Sequence record: PP627278.1
Strand: one strand, 5' to 3'
Length of the DNA stretch: 58,418 nucleotides
Origin: Escherichia phage KS_A3
Part shown: positions 1 through 10,058 of the stretch, in pieces
Position numbering within the stretch: the first letter of the stretch is position 1
Layout of the letters: each line of letters starts with the position of its first letter
Notes under the pieces: generated by a model
The model's input: the letters and a program-made list of their open reading frames with translations, nothing else
The model's database searches: none
Told to the model about the DNA's origin: nothing
Made by a program: the position numbers and the translations under genes

Positions 1-558
1 ATGAACGGGGCAAGTCAAGAGCAATATGATCGTGACTGGACGAATTACATCCAGTATGCAAATAGCTTGTCCGCTGAAGAGATGGCAATACGTGACAAAG
101 TTGTTGCTGAGTACATGTTCGACTACAATTGGACTAACGCTTGCATGAGATGCGGGTTCAATGCTATGTTTGCACAGGAGCTTGGCCAACGCTTTGCCAC
201 GGACTGTTATGTTCGATGGAAGCTCAAGGAGATTGAAAGATCCCGTGTTCAACGTACTTCTGAGCAAGCTAACATTGAAGCAGACCTTGAGCGTCAGCAT
301 ATCATTGAAGCATTAAAACGTGAAGCTCATTATACAGGACCGGGATCTTCTCAAGCTGCTAGAGTCGCCGCATTGGGCAAGCTTGCACAAATTTATGATT
401 TGGATGCTCCCAAGAAGGCTAAGATTGATGTTACTAACAGAGGCGGCGTAATGATAGTCCCTGCTGTAGCAAATATTGACGAATGGGAAAAAACTGCATC
501 CGAGTCTCAACAACGACTAGTTAAAGAGACTGAAGATGGAGCTAAACCGACAACCTGA
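1..558 (+). CDS. putative terminase small subunit
   Basis: 185-aa ORF beginning at window position 1, immediately upstream of and overlapping the terminase large subunit gene by 23 nt; assigned by position only. Confidence 0.4.
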   Translation: MNGASQEQYDRDWTNYIQYANSLSAEEMAIRDKVVAEYMFDYNWTNACMRCGFNAMFAQELGQRFATDCYVRWKLKEIERSRVQRTSEQANIEADLERQHIIEALKREAHYTGPGSSQAARVAALGKLAQIYDLDAPKKAKIDVTNRGGVMIVPAVANIDEWEKTASESQQRLVKETEDGAKPTT

Positions 559-2095
559 TAACATGCCGCGAGTCGTCTGGAAACCACATCCAGGTTCACA
601 GACACTCGCTCTATCCTGCCCCGCTGATATTATCCTATACCACGGAACTCGCGGTCCTGGAAAAACGGACTGCCAGCTTATGCGTTTCCGTAAGAATGTT
701 GGTGTAGGGTACGGTAAATTTTGGAAGGGTATTATATTCGACCGTGAATATAAAAACCTTGATGACCTTGTAACTAAATCCCAGCGTTGGTTTCCTGAAT
801 TTAAAGACGGGGCTAAATTCCTTAGCTCTAAGTCTGATTATAAATGGGTTTGGCCTACAGGTGAAGAGCTACTGTTCCGCGTTGCTTGTAAAGAAAAGGA
901 TTACTGGTCTTATCACGGTCACGAATACCCATTTATCGGATGGAACGAATTAACAAAATATCCGGACGGGCGTTTGTTTGAAGCTATGATGTCCTGTAAC
1001 CGTTCATCTTTCTTACCAGAAGATAACCCAATTATCAATCCAGATGGTACGGTCACATATTTACCGGATATCCCTCTTGAAGTGTTTGCTACCAGTAACC
1101 CGTTTGGTGCGGGACATAACTGGGTTAAGAAACGCTTCATTGACGCTGCACCGATGGGTAAAATACTCAGGAAGACTACGCGAGTGTTTAACCCGAGGAC
1201 GCAGAAAGACGAAGATGTGGTTACGACGCAATGCCATATCTTTGGTTCGTACCGTGAAAACAAAAACCTAAGTCCAAAATATATTGCAGAACTTATGTCT
1301 ATCACAGACCCGAACAAGCGTGCTGCATGGTTGGGCGGGAGCTGGGATATTACATCCGGTGGTATGTTCGATGACCTGTGGCGTAGCACTGTTCACAAAG
1401 TACGACCATTCCCAATTCCAGCAAGTTGGAAGGTTACACGTTCTTTCGACTGGGGTTCTTCAAAACCTTTCTCTGTCGGTTGGTGGGCTATTAGTGATGG
1501 TTCGGATGTTGTGCGTGAAGACGGCACTACATTCTCCACGGTCCGCGGTGACCTGTTTAGGATTAACGAATGGTATGGGACCAACGGTAAAACAAACGAA
1601 GGTCTACATTTGCTGGACTCAGAAATTGCAAGCGGTATACTGGAGCGGGAATTGGCCTGGGGTATACACGATCGTGTAGTTCCTGGTCCTGCGGATAACT
1701 CCATTTGGGATCTGGAGAACAATAACTCCACCGCTGCAACAATGGCGAAGAAAATTCGTCTTAACGGGAAGTTATACAACGGTATACATTGGAAGCGCAG
1801 TGATAAGTCTGCTGGGTCACGTAAACGAGGCTGGCAGAAAATGCGTGAGTTCCTTAAAGCTGCACTGCGGGAAGATGCGAACGGTAAACCTTTGCCCGGT
1901 CCGCGCGAGAATCCAGCAATGTACATTTTTGATAACTGCAACTATTTCTTTGAGCTGGTTCCAAGTCTACCTCGCGATGAAGTAGATCAGGACGACGTTG
2001 ATACGGAATGTGAAGACCATATGGGTGATGAAGTTCGTTATATGGTTCTGGATCAAGCTGTTTATACAGGTGTTGGCAAAACTATCGGTATTTAA
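536..2095 (+). CDS. terL: terminase large subunit
   Basis: 519 aa; N-terminal Walker A-like ATPase motif GTRGPGKTD; size and position ahead of portal gene. Confidence 0.8.
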   Translation: MELNRQPDNMPRVVWKPHPGSQTLALSCPADIILYHGTRGPGKTDCQLMRFRKNVGVGYGKFWKGIIFDREYKNLDDLVTKSQRWFPEFKDGAKFLSSKSDYKWVWPTGEELLFRVACKEKDYWSYHGHEYPFIGWNELTKYPDGRLFEAMMSCNRSSFLPEDNPIINPDGTVTYLPDIPLEVFATSNPFGAGHNWVKKRFIDAAPMGKILRKTTRVFNPRTQKDEDVVTTQCHIFGSYRENKNLSPKYIAELMSITDPNKRAAWLGGSWDITSGGMFDDLWRSTVHKVRPFPIPASWKVTRSFDWGSSKPFSVGWWAISDGSDVVREDGTTFSTVRGDLFRINEWYGTNGKTNEGLHLLDSEIASGILERELAWGIHDRVVPGPADNSIWDLENNNSTAATMAKKIRLNGKLYNGIHWKRSDKSAGSRKRGWQKMREFLKAALREDANGKPLPGPRENPAMYIFDNCNYFFELVPSLPRDEVDQDDVDTECEDHMGDEVRYMVLDQAVYTGVGKTIGI

Positions 2096-2106
2096 CTGGA
2101 GGGTAT

Positions 2107-3603
2107 ATGGGTATTGATGCAACTCACCCGCTATATAACAAGTGGAAGGACGCATGGGTTAAGTGCAACGACTGCTATGAGGGTGAAGATAAAATTAAGG
2201 AAGAAGGTGTTAAATATCTACCACCTTTAGCTTCCATGATTATTGATGGGATGAATAATCCTAATGATTTGGGCTTTCAACGTTGGCTTGCCTATCGTCT
2301 GCGTGCTAACTTCCCTGACGATTATTCAAGTGCGGTTACAAACAATCTAGGTCTGCTGCACCAGAAGCCTCCTACAATCCAGCTCCCCCCTGAAATGGAA
2401 TACATGCGGGATCTGTGTACTGCGGACGGTGAAGACATTATTGCTCTGCTACGTCGCATCAACGAAATGCAGTTAAAAAATGGACGTTTGGGGCTGCTGC
2501 TGGACTTGCCTAAAGGTGAGGATGTAAATAACAGACCTTATATTAGTGTTTATGATGCTTTATCCATTATCAACTGGGATGATGGTAAAGATGAATTGGG
2601 CAATATCAACTTGAACATGGTTGTTCTGGATGAAAGCGGCCCTGTACGTGTCAATCAGTTTGACTGGAAAGAAGAGAAGCGTTATCGTGTACTACAATTA
2701 GGTCCAATGGACACAGATGAAGTTGCAGGTGGAGCTGTCTACTCCCAACATCTGTTTATTAACAATACCAATTATGATGAAGGGCAAATGATTGCTCCTT
2801 ATTATAAAGGTAATACGCTGGATGAAATTCCTTTCCAGTTTGTCAATACAACAGATATTACCCCAGCACCGGAAGCGCCGCCATTGTTGGGTCTTGCTAA
2901 CATTTGTCTAAGCATGTACCGAAGTGACGCGGATTACCGCCAAAGCTTGCATATGCAGGGTCAGGACACCTTAGTCGTTGTTGGTGGTACTGGGGAGAAT
3001 GGGGATAAAGCCCCTCAACGCATCGGTCCTGGCGCTGTCATTAACGTTGCTATTGGTGGTGACGCTAAATATGTAGGTGTTAGCGGTGACGGTTTGTCCG
3101 AGCAACGTCTCGCACTTGCAGCGGATAAGCAAGAAGCACAAATTAAAGCCGGGCAAATGGTAAACAATACCAAGAGTACGCAGGAATCGGGTGAAGCCAT
3201 GAAAACGCGTATTGCTGCGCGTACAGCTAGTCTGATTCGAATTGCGTATACTGGTGCGGCTGGTCTGGAAAACTTGCTGAAGGTTTGCGCTAAGTGGATG
3301 GGCGCTGATCCCGAGAAAGTTGTGGTTAAGCCTAATCTTGAATTCACCAAGAGCATGTTTAACGGTCAAGACTTTGTTCAAATTATCACTGCACGCAACC
3401 TTAAAGCTCCGATTAGCTTGCAGTCTATTCATGGCTGGCTTGTTGATCAGGGCTTAACCACACTAAGCTTTGAAGAAGAAATGGCAATTCTTGAAGAAGA
3501 GCTTAAGAAGTGGCCTCTGCCTGATGATGCTAAAGCTGATTTAAACGCAGAGCAGCAAGTAAGCAAAGATCCTAAGGAAGACAACGCTTCCGATAAAGAA
3601 TAG
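2107..3603 (+). CDS. portal protein
   Basis: 498 aa ORF directly after terL with SD (GGAGGG) before ATG; acidic C-terminus; assigned by synteny. Confidence 0.6.
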   Translation: MGIDATHPLYNKWKDAWVKCNDCYEGEDKIKEEGVKYLPPLASMIIDGMNNPNDLGFQRWLAYRLRANFPDDYSSAVTNNLGLLHQKPPTIQLPPEMEYMRDLCTADGEDIIALLRRINEMQLKNGRLGLLLDLPKGEDVNNRPYISVYDALSIINWDDGKDELGNINLNMVVLDESGPVRVNQFDWKEEKRYRVLQLGPMDTDEVAGGAVYSQHLFINNTNYDEGQMIAPYYKGNTLDEIPFQFVNTTDITPAPEAPPLLGLANICLSMYRSDADYRQSLHMQGQDTLVVVGGTGENGDKAPQRIGPGAVINVAIGGDAKYVGVSGDGLSEQRLALAADKQEAQIKAGQMVNNTKSTQESGEAMKTRIAARTASLIRIAYTGAAGLENLLKVCAKWMGADPEKVVVKPNLEFTKSMFNGQDFVQIITARNLKAPISLQSIHGWLVDQGLTTLSFEEEMAILEEELKKWPLPDDAKADLNAEQQVSKDPKEDNASDKE

Positions 3604-3698
3604 TTGCAACTTCCAAGTTGATTGGTTTATATTAACGAACACGGGGCTGGGACGGCTCAGCCCCAAAAACGTCACACGGGTGACAACGGAGATAAGAA

Positions 3699-4571
3699 AT
3701 GAAAAAGAGTTCTGTAGCTATTAGTGTTGGTATGGCTTTAATTAATCCACGCGCTCGCGGTGAAGGTGATGTGGAACTGGAATACGAATATGCATCTGCG
3801 GAAGAAATCCCGGCAGAGTTTGCAACTCTTTACGCAGAGCAGGGCGGTAAATACGTTCTTGCAAAAGTTAAAGGTGTAGCCCCTGCTGATAGCGTTCGTC
3901 GTCTGGAAAGTGCATTAGCAAAAGAACGTAACGACCATCGTCAGGTGAAGCAACAGATTAGCGCACTTGGGCGTCCGGTTGAAGAAGTCCTTGCGGACCT
4001 TGATCGTATCCCTCAACTGGAAGCTGCCGCTAACGGTAAAGGTACTCCGGAAGACATCGAAAAGATGGTTAAAGCTCGTCTTGCTCCGCTCGAGCGTCAA
4101 TTGCAAACTGTAGCAGCTGAACGCGATTCCGTTAAGCAGGAAATTGAAGGCTACCGCACTCGCGAAACTAAAGCGAAAATTAAAGACGCAGTTATTGCCG
4201 CTGCATCCGGTGCTAAGCTGCGTCCGTCTGCTATCGAAGATGCGGTGACTTATGCACAGTTGCAAATGACCGTCGACGAGAACGGCAATGTGGTTACGAA
4301 AGATGGGGCGGGTGTAACTCCATACCTAACCCCGGCGGATTGGCTTAACGAGATCCTCCCGAAACGTCCTCACTGGGTTGAGGGTTCTGCTGGTGGCGGT
4401 GCATCTGGTCCGGGTGCTGGCGGTCATCACGGTGAAGACCCATACAGTCACGACGGTTGGAACATCTCTAAGCAGATGAATCTCTGGAAAACTAATCAAT
4501 CTTTAGCTAAACGCTTAGCTGAAAAGAATGGCGTAGATCCGCTGAAGCCTGTACGTCCTGCTAAGAAATAA
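3699..4571 (+). CDS. putative scaffolding protein
   Basis: 290 aa, charged and predicted helical, located between portal and major capsid genes. Confidence 0.45.
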   Translation: MKKSSVAISVGMALINPRARGEGDVELEYEYASAEEIPAEFATLYAEQGGKYVLAKVKGVAPADSVRRLESALAKERNDHRQVKQQISALGRPVEEVLADLDRIPQLEAAANGKGTPEDIEKMVKARLAPLERQLQTVAAERDSVKQEIEGYRTRETKAKIKDAVIAAASGAKLRPSAIEDAVTYAQLQMTVDENGNVVTKDGAGVTPYLTPADWLNEILPKRPHWVEGSAGGGASGPGAGGHHGEDPYSHDGWNISKQMNLWKTNQSLAKRLAEKNGVDPLKPVRPAKK

Positions 4572-4572
4572 G

Positions 4573-4601
4573 TTGACATCCCGACGTCCCTGATGTTAAG
4601 T
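4573..4601 (+). promoter_or_regulatory. candidate sigma70-like promoter upstream of capsid gene
   Basis: TTGACA (4573-4578), 17-nt spacer, TTAAGT; overlaps a 10-bp perfect-stem hairpin (4586-4618). Confidence 0.3.
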
Positions 4602-4693
4602 TTCAACACATCAGGGACACGGGTTCCTAAACAGCCTTCCACGGGGAAAGGCTACCAACAGTAAACAAATCAATCCTTTTCCTGGAGACAAGT

Positions 4694-5755
4694 ATGTCTA
4701 AATCTAAAATTATTCTGCCATTTGGTCGTGGTGAAACTGACCTAACTCGTTTGACGGATGTCATTGTCCCTGAGATCTTCACTGGTTATGTGCAGACGCA
4801 GACCGCTGAACTTTCTGCCCTGATCCAATCCGGTGCGGTTGTGATGGACGAGCGTTTATCAGCTAACCTTGCTGGTGCAGGTCTGACTTTTAACGAGCCG
4901 TTCTATAACGACCTGAAAGATGAAGACGAAGATATCGCGGTTGATAAAGGTGATCCGTCCAAACCGTCTAACATCACTACCGGATCTGAAGTTCAGGTTC
5001 GTATGAGTCGTTCAAAATCCTGGGGTTCTGCGGATCTGGTATCAGCTTTGATTGGTAACGACCCAATGACCGCTATCGGTAACCGCGTATCTGCGTGGTG
5101 GGTTCGCCGTCTGCAAGCTGCATACATCGCAACCTGGAAAGGTGTATTTGCTAATGCGAAGAAATCTCATAAGGACGATTTGACTTTCGACATCTCTGGT
5201 CCTTCTTTTGTAAATAACCAGACCAACTTTACCGCGTCTAACTTCATCAACGCAACCGCAACGATGGGTGATGCTGCCCGCGGTCTGACTATGATTATGG
5301 TACACTCTACCGTTCGTAACCGTATGCGTCAGTTGAACATGATCGACTTCATTCCAGATGCTCGCGGTGAAACTCAGTTTGAGTATTATCAGGGTCTGCG
5401 TATTATTGAAGACGACTCCATGCCACACGATCCGTCTACTGGTGTGTTTGAAAGCTGGCTGTTCGGCCCGGGCGCAACTGCAATGGGTGCTGGATCACCG
5501 AAAGTTCCGACCGCTGTGGTGCGTGACGAAGCCGCTAACCAAGGCGCTGGTGAAGAAGTTCTTCACAACCGTGTTGAATGGATTCTGCATCCGGTTGGCC
5601 ATGCTTGGGCTGCTGCTCAAACTGCTAAAGGTGGTCCGTCTAACGCTGCTACCACTAACAACCTGGCCCATGAAGATTCCTGGCGTCGTGCGTTCCCTGA
5701 GCGCAAGCAGCTTAAAGTTGCACGCCTGATCACTCGTGAGTATCAGGGTTCCTAA
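4694..5755 (+). CDS. major capsid protein
   Basis: 353 aa ORF after scaffold gene, strong SD (GGAGA), followed by a terminator; assigned by synteny. Confidence 0.6.
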   Translation: MSKSKIILPFGRGETDLTRLTDVIVPEIFTGYVQTQTAELSALIQSGAVVMDERLSANLAGAGLTFNEPFYNDLKDEDEDIAVDKGDPSKPSNITTGSEVQVRMSRSKSWGSADLVSALIGNDPMTAIGNRVSAWWVRRLQAAYIATWKGVFANAKKSHKDDLTFDISGPSFVNNQTNFTASNFINATATMGDAARGLTMIMVHSTVRNRMRQLNMIDFIPDARGETQFEYYQGLRIIEDDSMPHDPSTGVFESWLFGPGATAMGAGSPKVPTAVVRDEAANQGAGEEVLHNRVEWILHPVGHAWAAAQTAKGGPSNAATTNNLAHEDSWRRAFPERKQLKVARLITREYQGS

Positions 5756-5786
5756 GGCTTCACTCAACGCCGCGCTGTAGTATTTT

Positions 5787-5812
5787 GGGGACATTTATGT
5801 CCCCTCTTTTTT
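5787..5812 (+). terminator. rho-independent terminator after capsid gene
   Basis: GGGGACAT..ATGTCCCC stem followed by TCTTTTTT. Confidence 0.5.
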
Positions 5813-5824
5813 AGGAGAACAACC

Positions 5825-6148
5825 ATGCGTTATCAACGTTATGAACGACATGACTTGATGGAAAAATCGTTGCAGGTGGAGCCAATTTCGATTACTCTCG
5901 ATCCTGCTACGATTGACACCACAACTTCAGAAGTAAAAACGGTTACTGTTAAAATAAACTTTGTCCCAGGCGGAACTACAAACAAAGCGTATAGCGCGTC
6001 AGTTGACGGTTCCTCTGCTACAATTAAAGACAACGGGGACGGTACAATTACTGTGACCACAACCGAAAGCAGTGGTACTTCAAACTTGACAGTAACGTCC
6101 AAGGCAAAGGATAGTGTTACTGGTACATGTGTTATTAATGTGACCTAA
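5825..6148 (+). CDS. Ig-like (Big_2-type) domain protein, possible head decoration protein
   Basis: 107 aa, Thr/Val-rich beta-strand pattern (TVTVKINF...TITVTTTESSGTSNLTVTS) typical of bacterial Ig-like domains. Confidence 0.45.
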   Translation: MRYQRYERHDLMEKSLQVEPISITLDPATIDTTTSEVKTVTVKINFVPGGTTNKAYSASVDGSSATIKDNGDGTITVTTTESSGTSNLTVTSKAKDSVTGTCVINVT

Positions 6149-6164
6149 AAATAAGGATTAAACA

Positions 6165-6818
6165 ATGAAGACATTAATTGAAGCATTGTTAGAACTTGAT
6201 CCGGATAACCCGAATCATTGGACTAGCGACGGTCTACCTAAAGTTGACGCTCTGCGTTTCGCTACCGCTAACCCGTCTTTAACCCGCGACGATATTACAA
6301 CTGCTGCCCCTCTATTCACCCGCGACAACCGCGTGCTGGAAGAGCCTGAGCCTGTGGAACCCGTTAAATCTGCTGATCCAGTTTTACATGAAGCAGTTAA
6401 ACAGGAGAAAGCTCATGAAGAACAAAAGAAAGTCGCGGTTACAACGATGCAAATCGAAGTTAAGATTAGCGAAGCACTGCGTGCTCTTCTGGAGCCGGAA
6501 AAAATCGGTGACGCTTCCAGCTTAACCGATGAAGAACTGAAAGCGAAGCGCGAAAAGCTTAGCAATGTGGTTAAAGAGATTGCCCACACTAAGCACGCGT
6601 TGGAGCTCGCTATCGCAGACGTTCAAGCGGATCTGGATAAGATTATCGTTGAGCAGGAGCGTCGTCGTCCTAAGTCCGGTCTTACTGCAACTCAGATGTA
6701 TCTTGAAGCGCAGAAAAAACGTAAACCGGAAGACATGCTTTCTGACCATCGCTTCCAGAACCCTATTGACGATCCGGTCGCCCGTATGGTTGCACGTAAT
6801 ATGATGCGTCGAGGTTAA
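6165..6818 (+). CDS. hypothetical protein (head module)
   Basis: 217 aa ORF with SD, in structural block. Confidence 0.45.
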   Translation: MKTLIEALLELDPDNPNHWTSDGLPKVDALRFATANPSLTRDDITTAAPLFTRDNRVLEEPEPVEPVKSADPVLHEAVKQEKAHEEQKKVAVTTMQIEVKISEALRALLEPEKIGDASSLTDEELKAKREKLSNVVKEIAHTKHALELAIADVQADLDKIIVEQERRRPKSGLTATQMYLEAQKKRKPEDMLSDHRFQNPIDDPVARMVARNMMRRG

Positions 6819-6956
6819 CCATGGAAATGAGCCATAGACAATATGTGTTGTGGCTCCTCCGACGTAATAGAAAACGGCGTCAAGAAGACGCCGTTTCTGT
6901 TCCTGAAGAAGAGCTCCCGCCGCTTATCCCTACAACCATCGCAATGAGGAAGAAAG

Positions 6957-7463
6957 ATGGAGATTCCACTGATAGTTGAAGATGGTACTGGTGTACCGGA
7001 CGCCAACAGTTATGTCACCATTGAACAAGTCCGCATGTATGCAGCAATGCGAGGTATTGTACTTCCAAGTGAAGACGAAGATCTAAAGACAAAGATCTTT
7101 GACGCTATGGATTTTGTGGAAGGGTACAGCCAACGCTTTAAAGGTTATAAAATTAACCCACAGCAACCGCTAAATTGGCCACGCTACGGGGTGTTTGTGG
7201 ACGGGTTCGAGCTACCCCAAAGCCCCTTACCAAAGGCGCTTATAAACGCTGTTTGCCAGCTTACAGCGGACTCAGCTACTGGCGGTCCTCTTAATGGGAA
7301 AACTACTGCATATGCAGTCAAAAGAACTAAAGTAGAAGGTCTTGAGATTGAATACGCAACTGGTAGCACAGCACAGTCAGGTCCAGCAAAAACATATGAT
7401 AAAGCTATGACGTTTTTATCACCTTTGCTGGGTTATCAAATGGGTAATAGACTGATACGGTGA
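6957..7463 (+). CDS. putative head-tail connector protein
   Basis: 168 aa ORF with SD (GAGGAAG); position between head and tail genes. Confidence 0.35.
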   Translation: MEIPLIVEDGTGVPDANSYVTIEQVRMYAAMRGIVLPSEDEDLKTKIFDAMDFVEGYSQRFKGYKINPQQPLNWPRYGVFVDGFELPQSPLPKALINAVCQLTADSATGGPLNGKTTAYAVKRTKVEGLEIEYATGSTAQSGPAKTYDKAMTFLSPLLGYQMGNRLIR

Positions 7464-7466
7464 TTT

Positions 7467-7847
7467 ATGAGCTTTCCTTACGAGCAGCTAGTTGAAGCTG
7501 CAAAGCAAATGATCAACGATGCAGGTGTTAACTGTACCCTTGTTGTTATGGAGCAAGGGGAAGGTCAAGATGAATGGGACGATCCGAGCGTTGAAAAACG
7601 ATACCCATTCATTGGAGCTTTCCTTTCACCGAAGGAAAAGATGATTGGCGGCAGTCTTGTTTCTGCTGGTGAACTGAAAGTGTTGACTTACCCAATGACA
7701 CCTCCATTGACTCGCGATAAAGCAATGACTGCACGCATTGAGCGTGTGTCGCCGGATGGGGAACTGGAAGTGTGGACAATAAATGAGTTTGTTGATACAC
7801 GACCAGCTAACGTTTCTGTTCTTTACACTTTTAAGGTGACGCGATAA
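7467..7847 (+). CDS. putative head-tail joining protein
   Basis: 126 aa ORF tightly packed in connector region. Confidence 0.35.
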   Translation: MSFPYEQLVEAAKQMINDAGVNCTLVVMEQGEGQDEWDDPSVEKRYPFIGAFLSPKEKMIGGSLVSAGELKVLTYPMTPPLTRDKAMTARIERVSPDGELEVWTINEFVDTRPANVSVLYTFKVTR

Positions 7848-8254
7848 TGGGATTCGGGGCGGATATTCGACGTGCAAGTCAGAAGGTACTTGTTCAGACA
7901 AGCGAACAGGCCAAAAAAGTCGTTGTCAAGTTCACAGAGAACGTGATACAGGATACTCCTGTTAAGACCGGACGTACAAAAGGTGGTTGGCGGTCATCCA
8001 TTGGTGCGCCGTATGCAACGGAAACTATCCGCCTCGATCCTACTGGAGAGATGGCTAAAGCTGAAGCCCGAGTTGTTGCACGCCAACTACCTAATGATAA
8101 AGACTGGACTTTCTATTTTAGCAACCTGACACCATATGCTGGCAAACTGGAGTTCTTAGGTTGGTCGCAGCAAGCTCCGAACGGTATGGTTCGTATTAAC
8201 GTAGCGAAGCTTCCAATGTTGATACGTCAAGCTATAGCAGAAGGAAAACTATAA
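7847..8254 (+). CDS. putative head-tail joining / neck protein
   Basis: 135 aa; start overlaps upstream stop (TAATG coupling). Confidence 0.35.
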   Translation: MGFGADIRRASQKVLVQTSEQAKKVVVKFTENVIQDTPVKTGRTKGGWRSSIGAPYATETIRLDPTGEMAKAEARVVARQLPNDKDWTFYFSNLTPYAGKLEFLGWSQQAPNGMVRINVAKLPMLIRQAIAEGKL

Positions 8255-8703
8255 TGCTTGGATACGATTTCATTAATGATGCATTTAATAAGATGCTACG
8301 CGAAGCAGTTGGACCGGATATTGGTATAGCGTGGAAGAATAAGAAGTTCACACCTAAAGCCAACCAGATGTGGTTAAAGGCAATCAATGCTCCCGCTTCC
8401 ACTTACGCTGCAACGCTAGGTGATAACGGTCTGAATGAAATTCCAGGCTTCTACCAAATCACAGTATATAGCCCTTTAAACACTGGAACGTCTAAGCAGA
8501 ATCAAATCTTGGATTCTATTCGGAAAAAGTTTAAACTGGGCTTGCGTATCCCGTGCCCGGATGACCACACGTTACGGATCGTCAGTTTAGACTTTTCGCA
8601 AGGTGGACAAACTTCGCTAAACGATTTTACCAAAGGCGGGGTTGAAGATAACTGGGACGTTAACTTTATCACAATCTATTGGTCGGCTCGTGAGCCGAGG
8701 TAA
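8254..8703 (+). CDS. putative tail completion protein
   Basis: 149 aa; TAATG coupling to upstream gene; position before major tail protein. Confidence 0.35.
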   Translation: MLGYDFINDAFNKMLREAVGPDIGIAWKNKKFTPKANQMWLKAINAPASTYAATLGDNGLNEIPGFYQITVYSPLNTGTSKQNQILDSIRKKFKLGLRIPCPDDHTLRIVSLDFSQGGQTSLNDFTKGGVEDNWDVNFITIYWSAREPR

Positions 8704-8717
8704 GAGAGGATCTAAAT

Positions 8718-9641
8718 ATGGCTACAGGTTCACGTTATTCATGTTACTACGTCAAAGAAGATGTAAGCAACACTACGCCAGCGAGTGCGAAGTTTACTCC
8801 GTTCCGTGTGACCAGCTCCGGTCTGGACATTAATATTGCAACGCTGGAATCTGAAGAACTGCGCGATGACGCTGAAACTGCGGACTTCCGCCTCGGTGCT
8901 CGCAGTGTTGAAGGTACAGTAACGGGCGAAATGTCCTTCGGCACCTTCGATGATCTTATTGCTGCTGCACTTCGTGGGGAGTGGCAAGACAACGTCCTTA
9001 AAGGCGGTATTATCCGTCAGTCATTTACTTTCGTAGACTATAACGCAGATCTACCGTCAGGTAAATATACAATTTATCGCGGTTGCGAAGTTAATAGCAT
9101 GACTTTCTCATTGTCTGCGGAAAACATGACCACAGTGGAATTCGGTATTGTTGGTCGCTCAATGGAAATTGCGGAATCGCTCCCATCTGGTGCAACTATC
9201 AAAGAGCGTACGACTACTTCACCGATGGATGGTTTCTCCGGTCGCTTGCTGGAAAACGACGAAGAAATCAGCGTTATTACGGAAATCGGTCTTACCGTTG
9301 AAAACGATATTGCACCGCGCTTTGTTGTTGGTTCTAAGTTCTCCATTGAACCGTCCGCTGGCCGCCGTGCGGTAACTGGTACAGCTAACGTGTACTTCCT
9401 GGATAACAAGCTGCGTATGAAGTATCTGGATGAAGTGGAAACTTCAATCAAGTTTGATCTGATTGACCCAAGCAATCCGGAACAAAAATACACTGTGGAA
9501 ATCCCTCGCGTGAAATTCACTGAAGCTCCGCGTCCTATTGACGGTGAAGGGGATATCATGCTTAATATGGGCTACCGCGGATTGCTGGACCCAACAACCG
9601 CAAGTTCCATCAAAATTACCCGCGTTGTAGCGGGAGCCTAA
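8718..9641 (+). CDS. major tail protein
   Basis: 307 aa ORF with SD, immediately upstream of tail chaperone/frameshift/tape measure genes. Confidence 0.55.
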   Translation: MATGSRYSCYYVKEDVSNTTPASAKFTPFRVTSSGLDINIATLESEELRDDAETADFRLGARSVEGTVTGEMSFGTFDDLIAAALRGEWQDNVLKGGIIRQSFTFVDYNADLPSGKYTIYRGCEVNSMTFSLSAENMTTVEFGIVGRSMEIAESLPSGATIKERTTTSPMDGFSGRLLENDEEISVITEIGLTVENDIAPRFVVGSKFSIEPSAGRRAVTGTANVYFLDNKLRMKYLDEVETSIKFDLIDPSNPEQKYTVEIPRVKFTEAPRPIDGEGDIMLNMGYRGLLDPTTASSIKITRVVAGA

Positions 9642-9650
9642 GGATAAGAA

Positions 9651-10058
9651 ATGACCGACACCAAAAAAGCCAAAGTTGCAGTAGCTAAAAGCTTCCGTGA
9701 TTTTAAAACTGTGAGCCGGGCTAACGACCCGGCAAACACTAAGCCAATGAATGTGGTTATTCCTGGTGTAGGCGACACTGGCGAAAAACTCTACATTCGT
9801 AGCCGCTACTGCACAGAGTACCGTGATGCTGAACTGAAAGCACAGCGTCAACTGTTGGCGCTTATGCAGGGTAAAGACGGTGAAGTAACGGATGCTATGA
9901 AGGAAGATATCCTTACCCGTTCACTGTGTAACCTTGTAGCAGGTTGGACTTTTGACGAGCCTCCGACTGTTGACAACGTATTTGAGTTCTTAACGGAGAA
10001 CCCAACTGTTCGAGAAGATCTTAACGTATTTGCCGCCAAAGATAGTAATTTTTTCTAA
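9651..10058 (+). CDS. tail assembly chaperone (G-like)
   Basis: 135 aa ORF immediately upstream of tape measure gene; ends with slippery site. Confidence 0.6.
   Translation: MTDTKKAKVAVAKSFRDFKTVSRANDPANTKPMNVVIPGVGDTGEKLYIRSRYCTEYRDAELKAQRQLLALMQGKDGEVTDAMKEDILTRSLCNLVAGWTFDEPPTVDNVFEFLTENPTVREDLNVFAAKDSNFF

Noticed and set aside
6819-6956. Hairpin AACGGCGTC-AAGAA-GACGCCGTT in the 6819-6956 intergenic region as a terminator
   Set aside because: No U-run follows and the next gene is tightly spaced; not listed as a terminator
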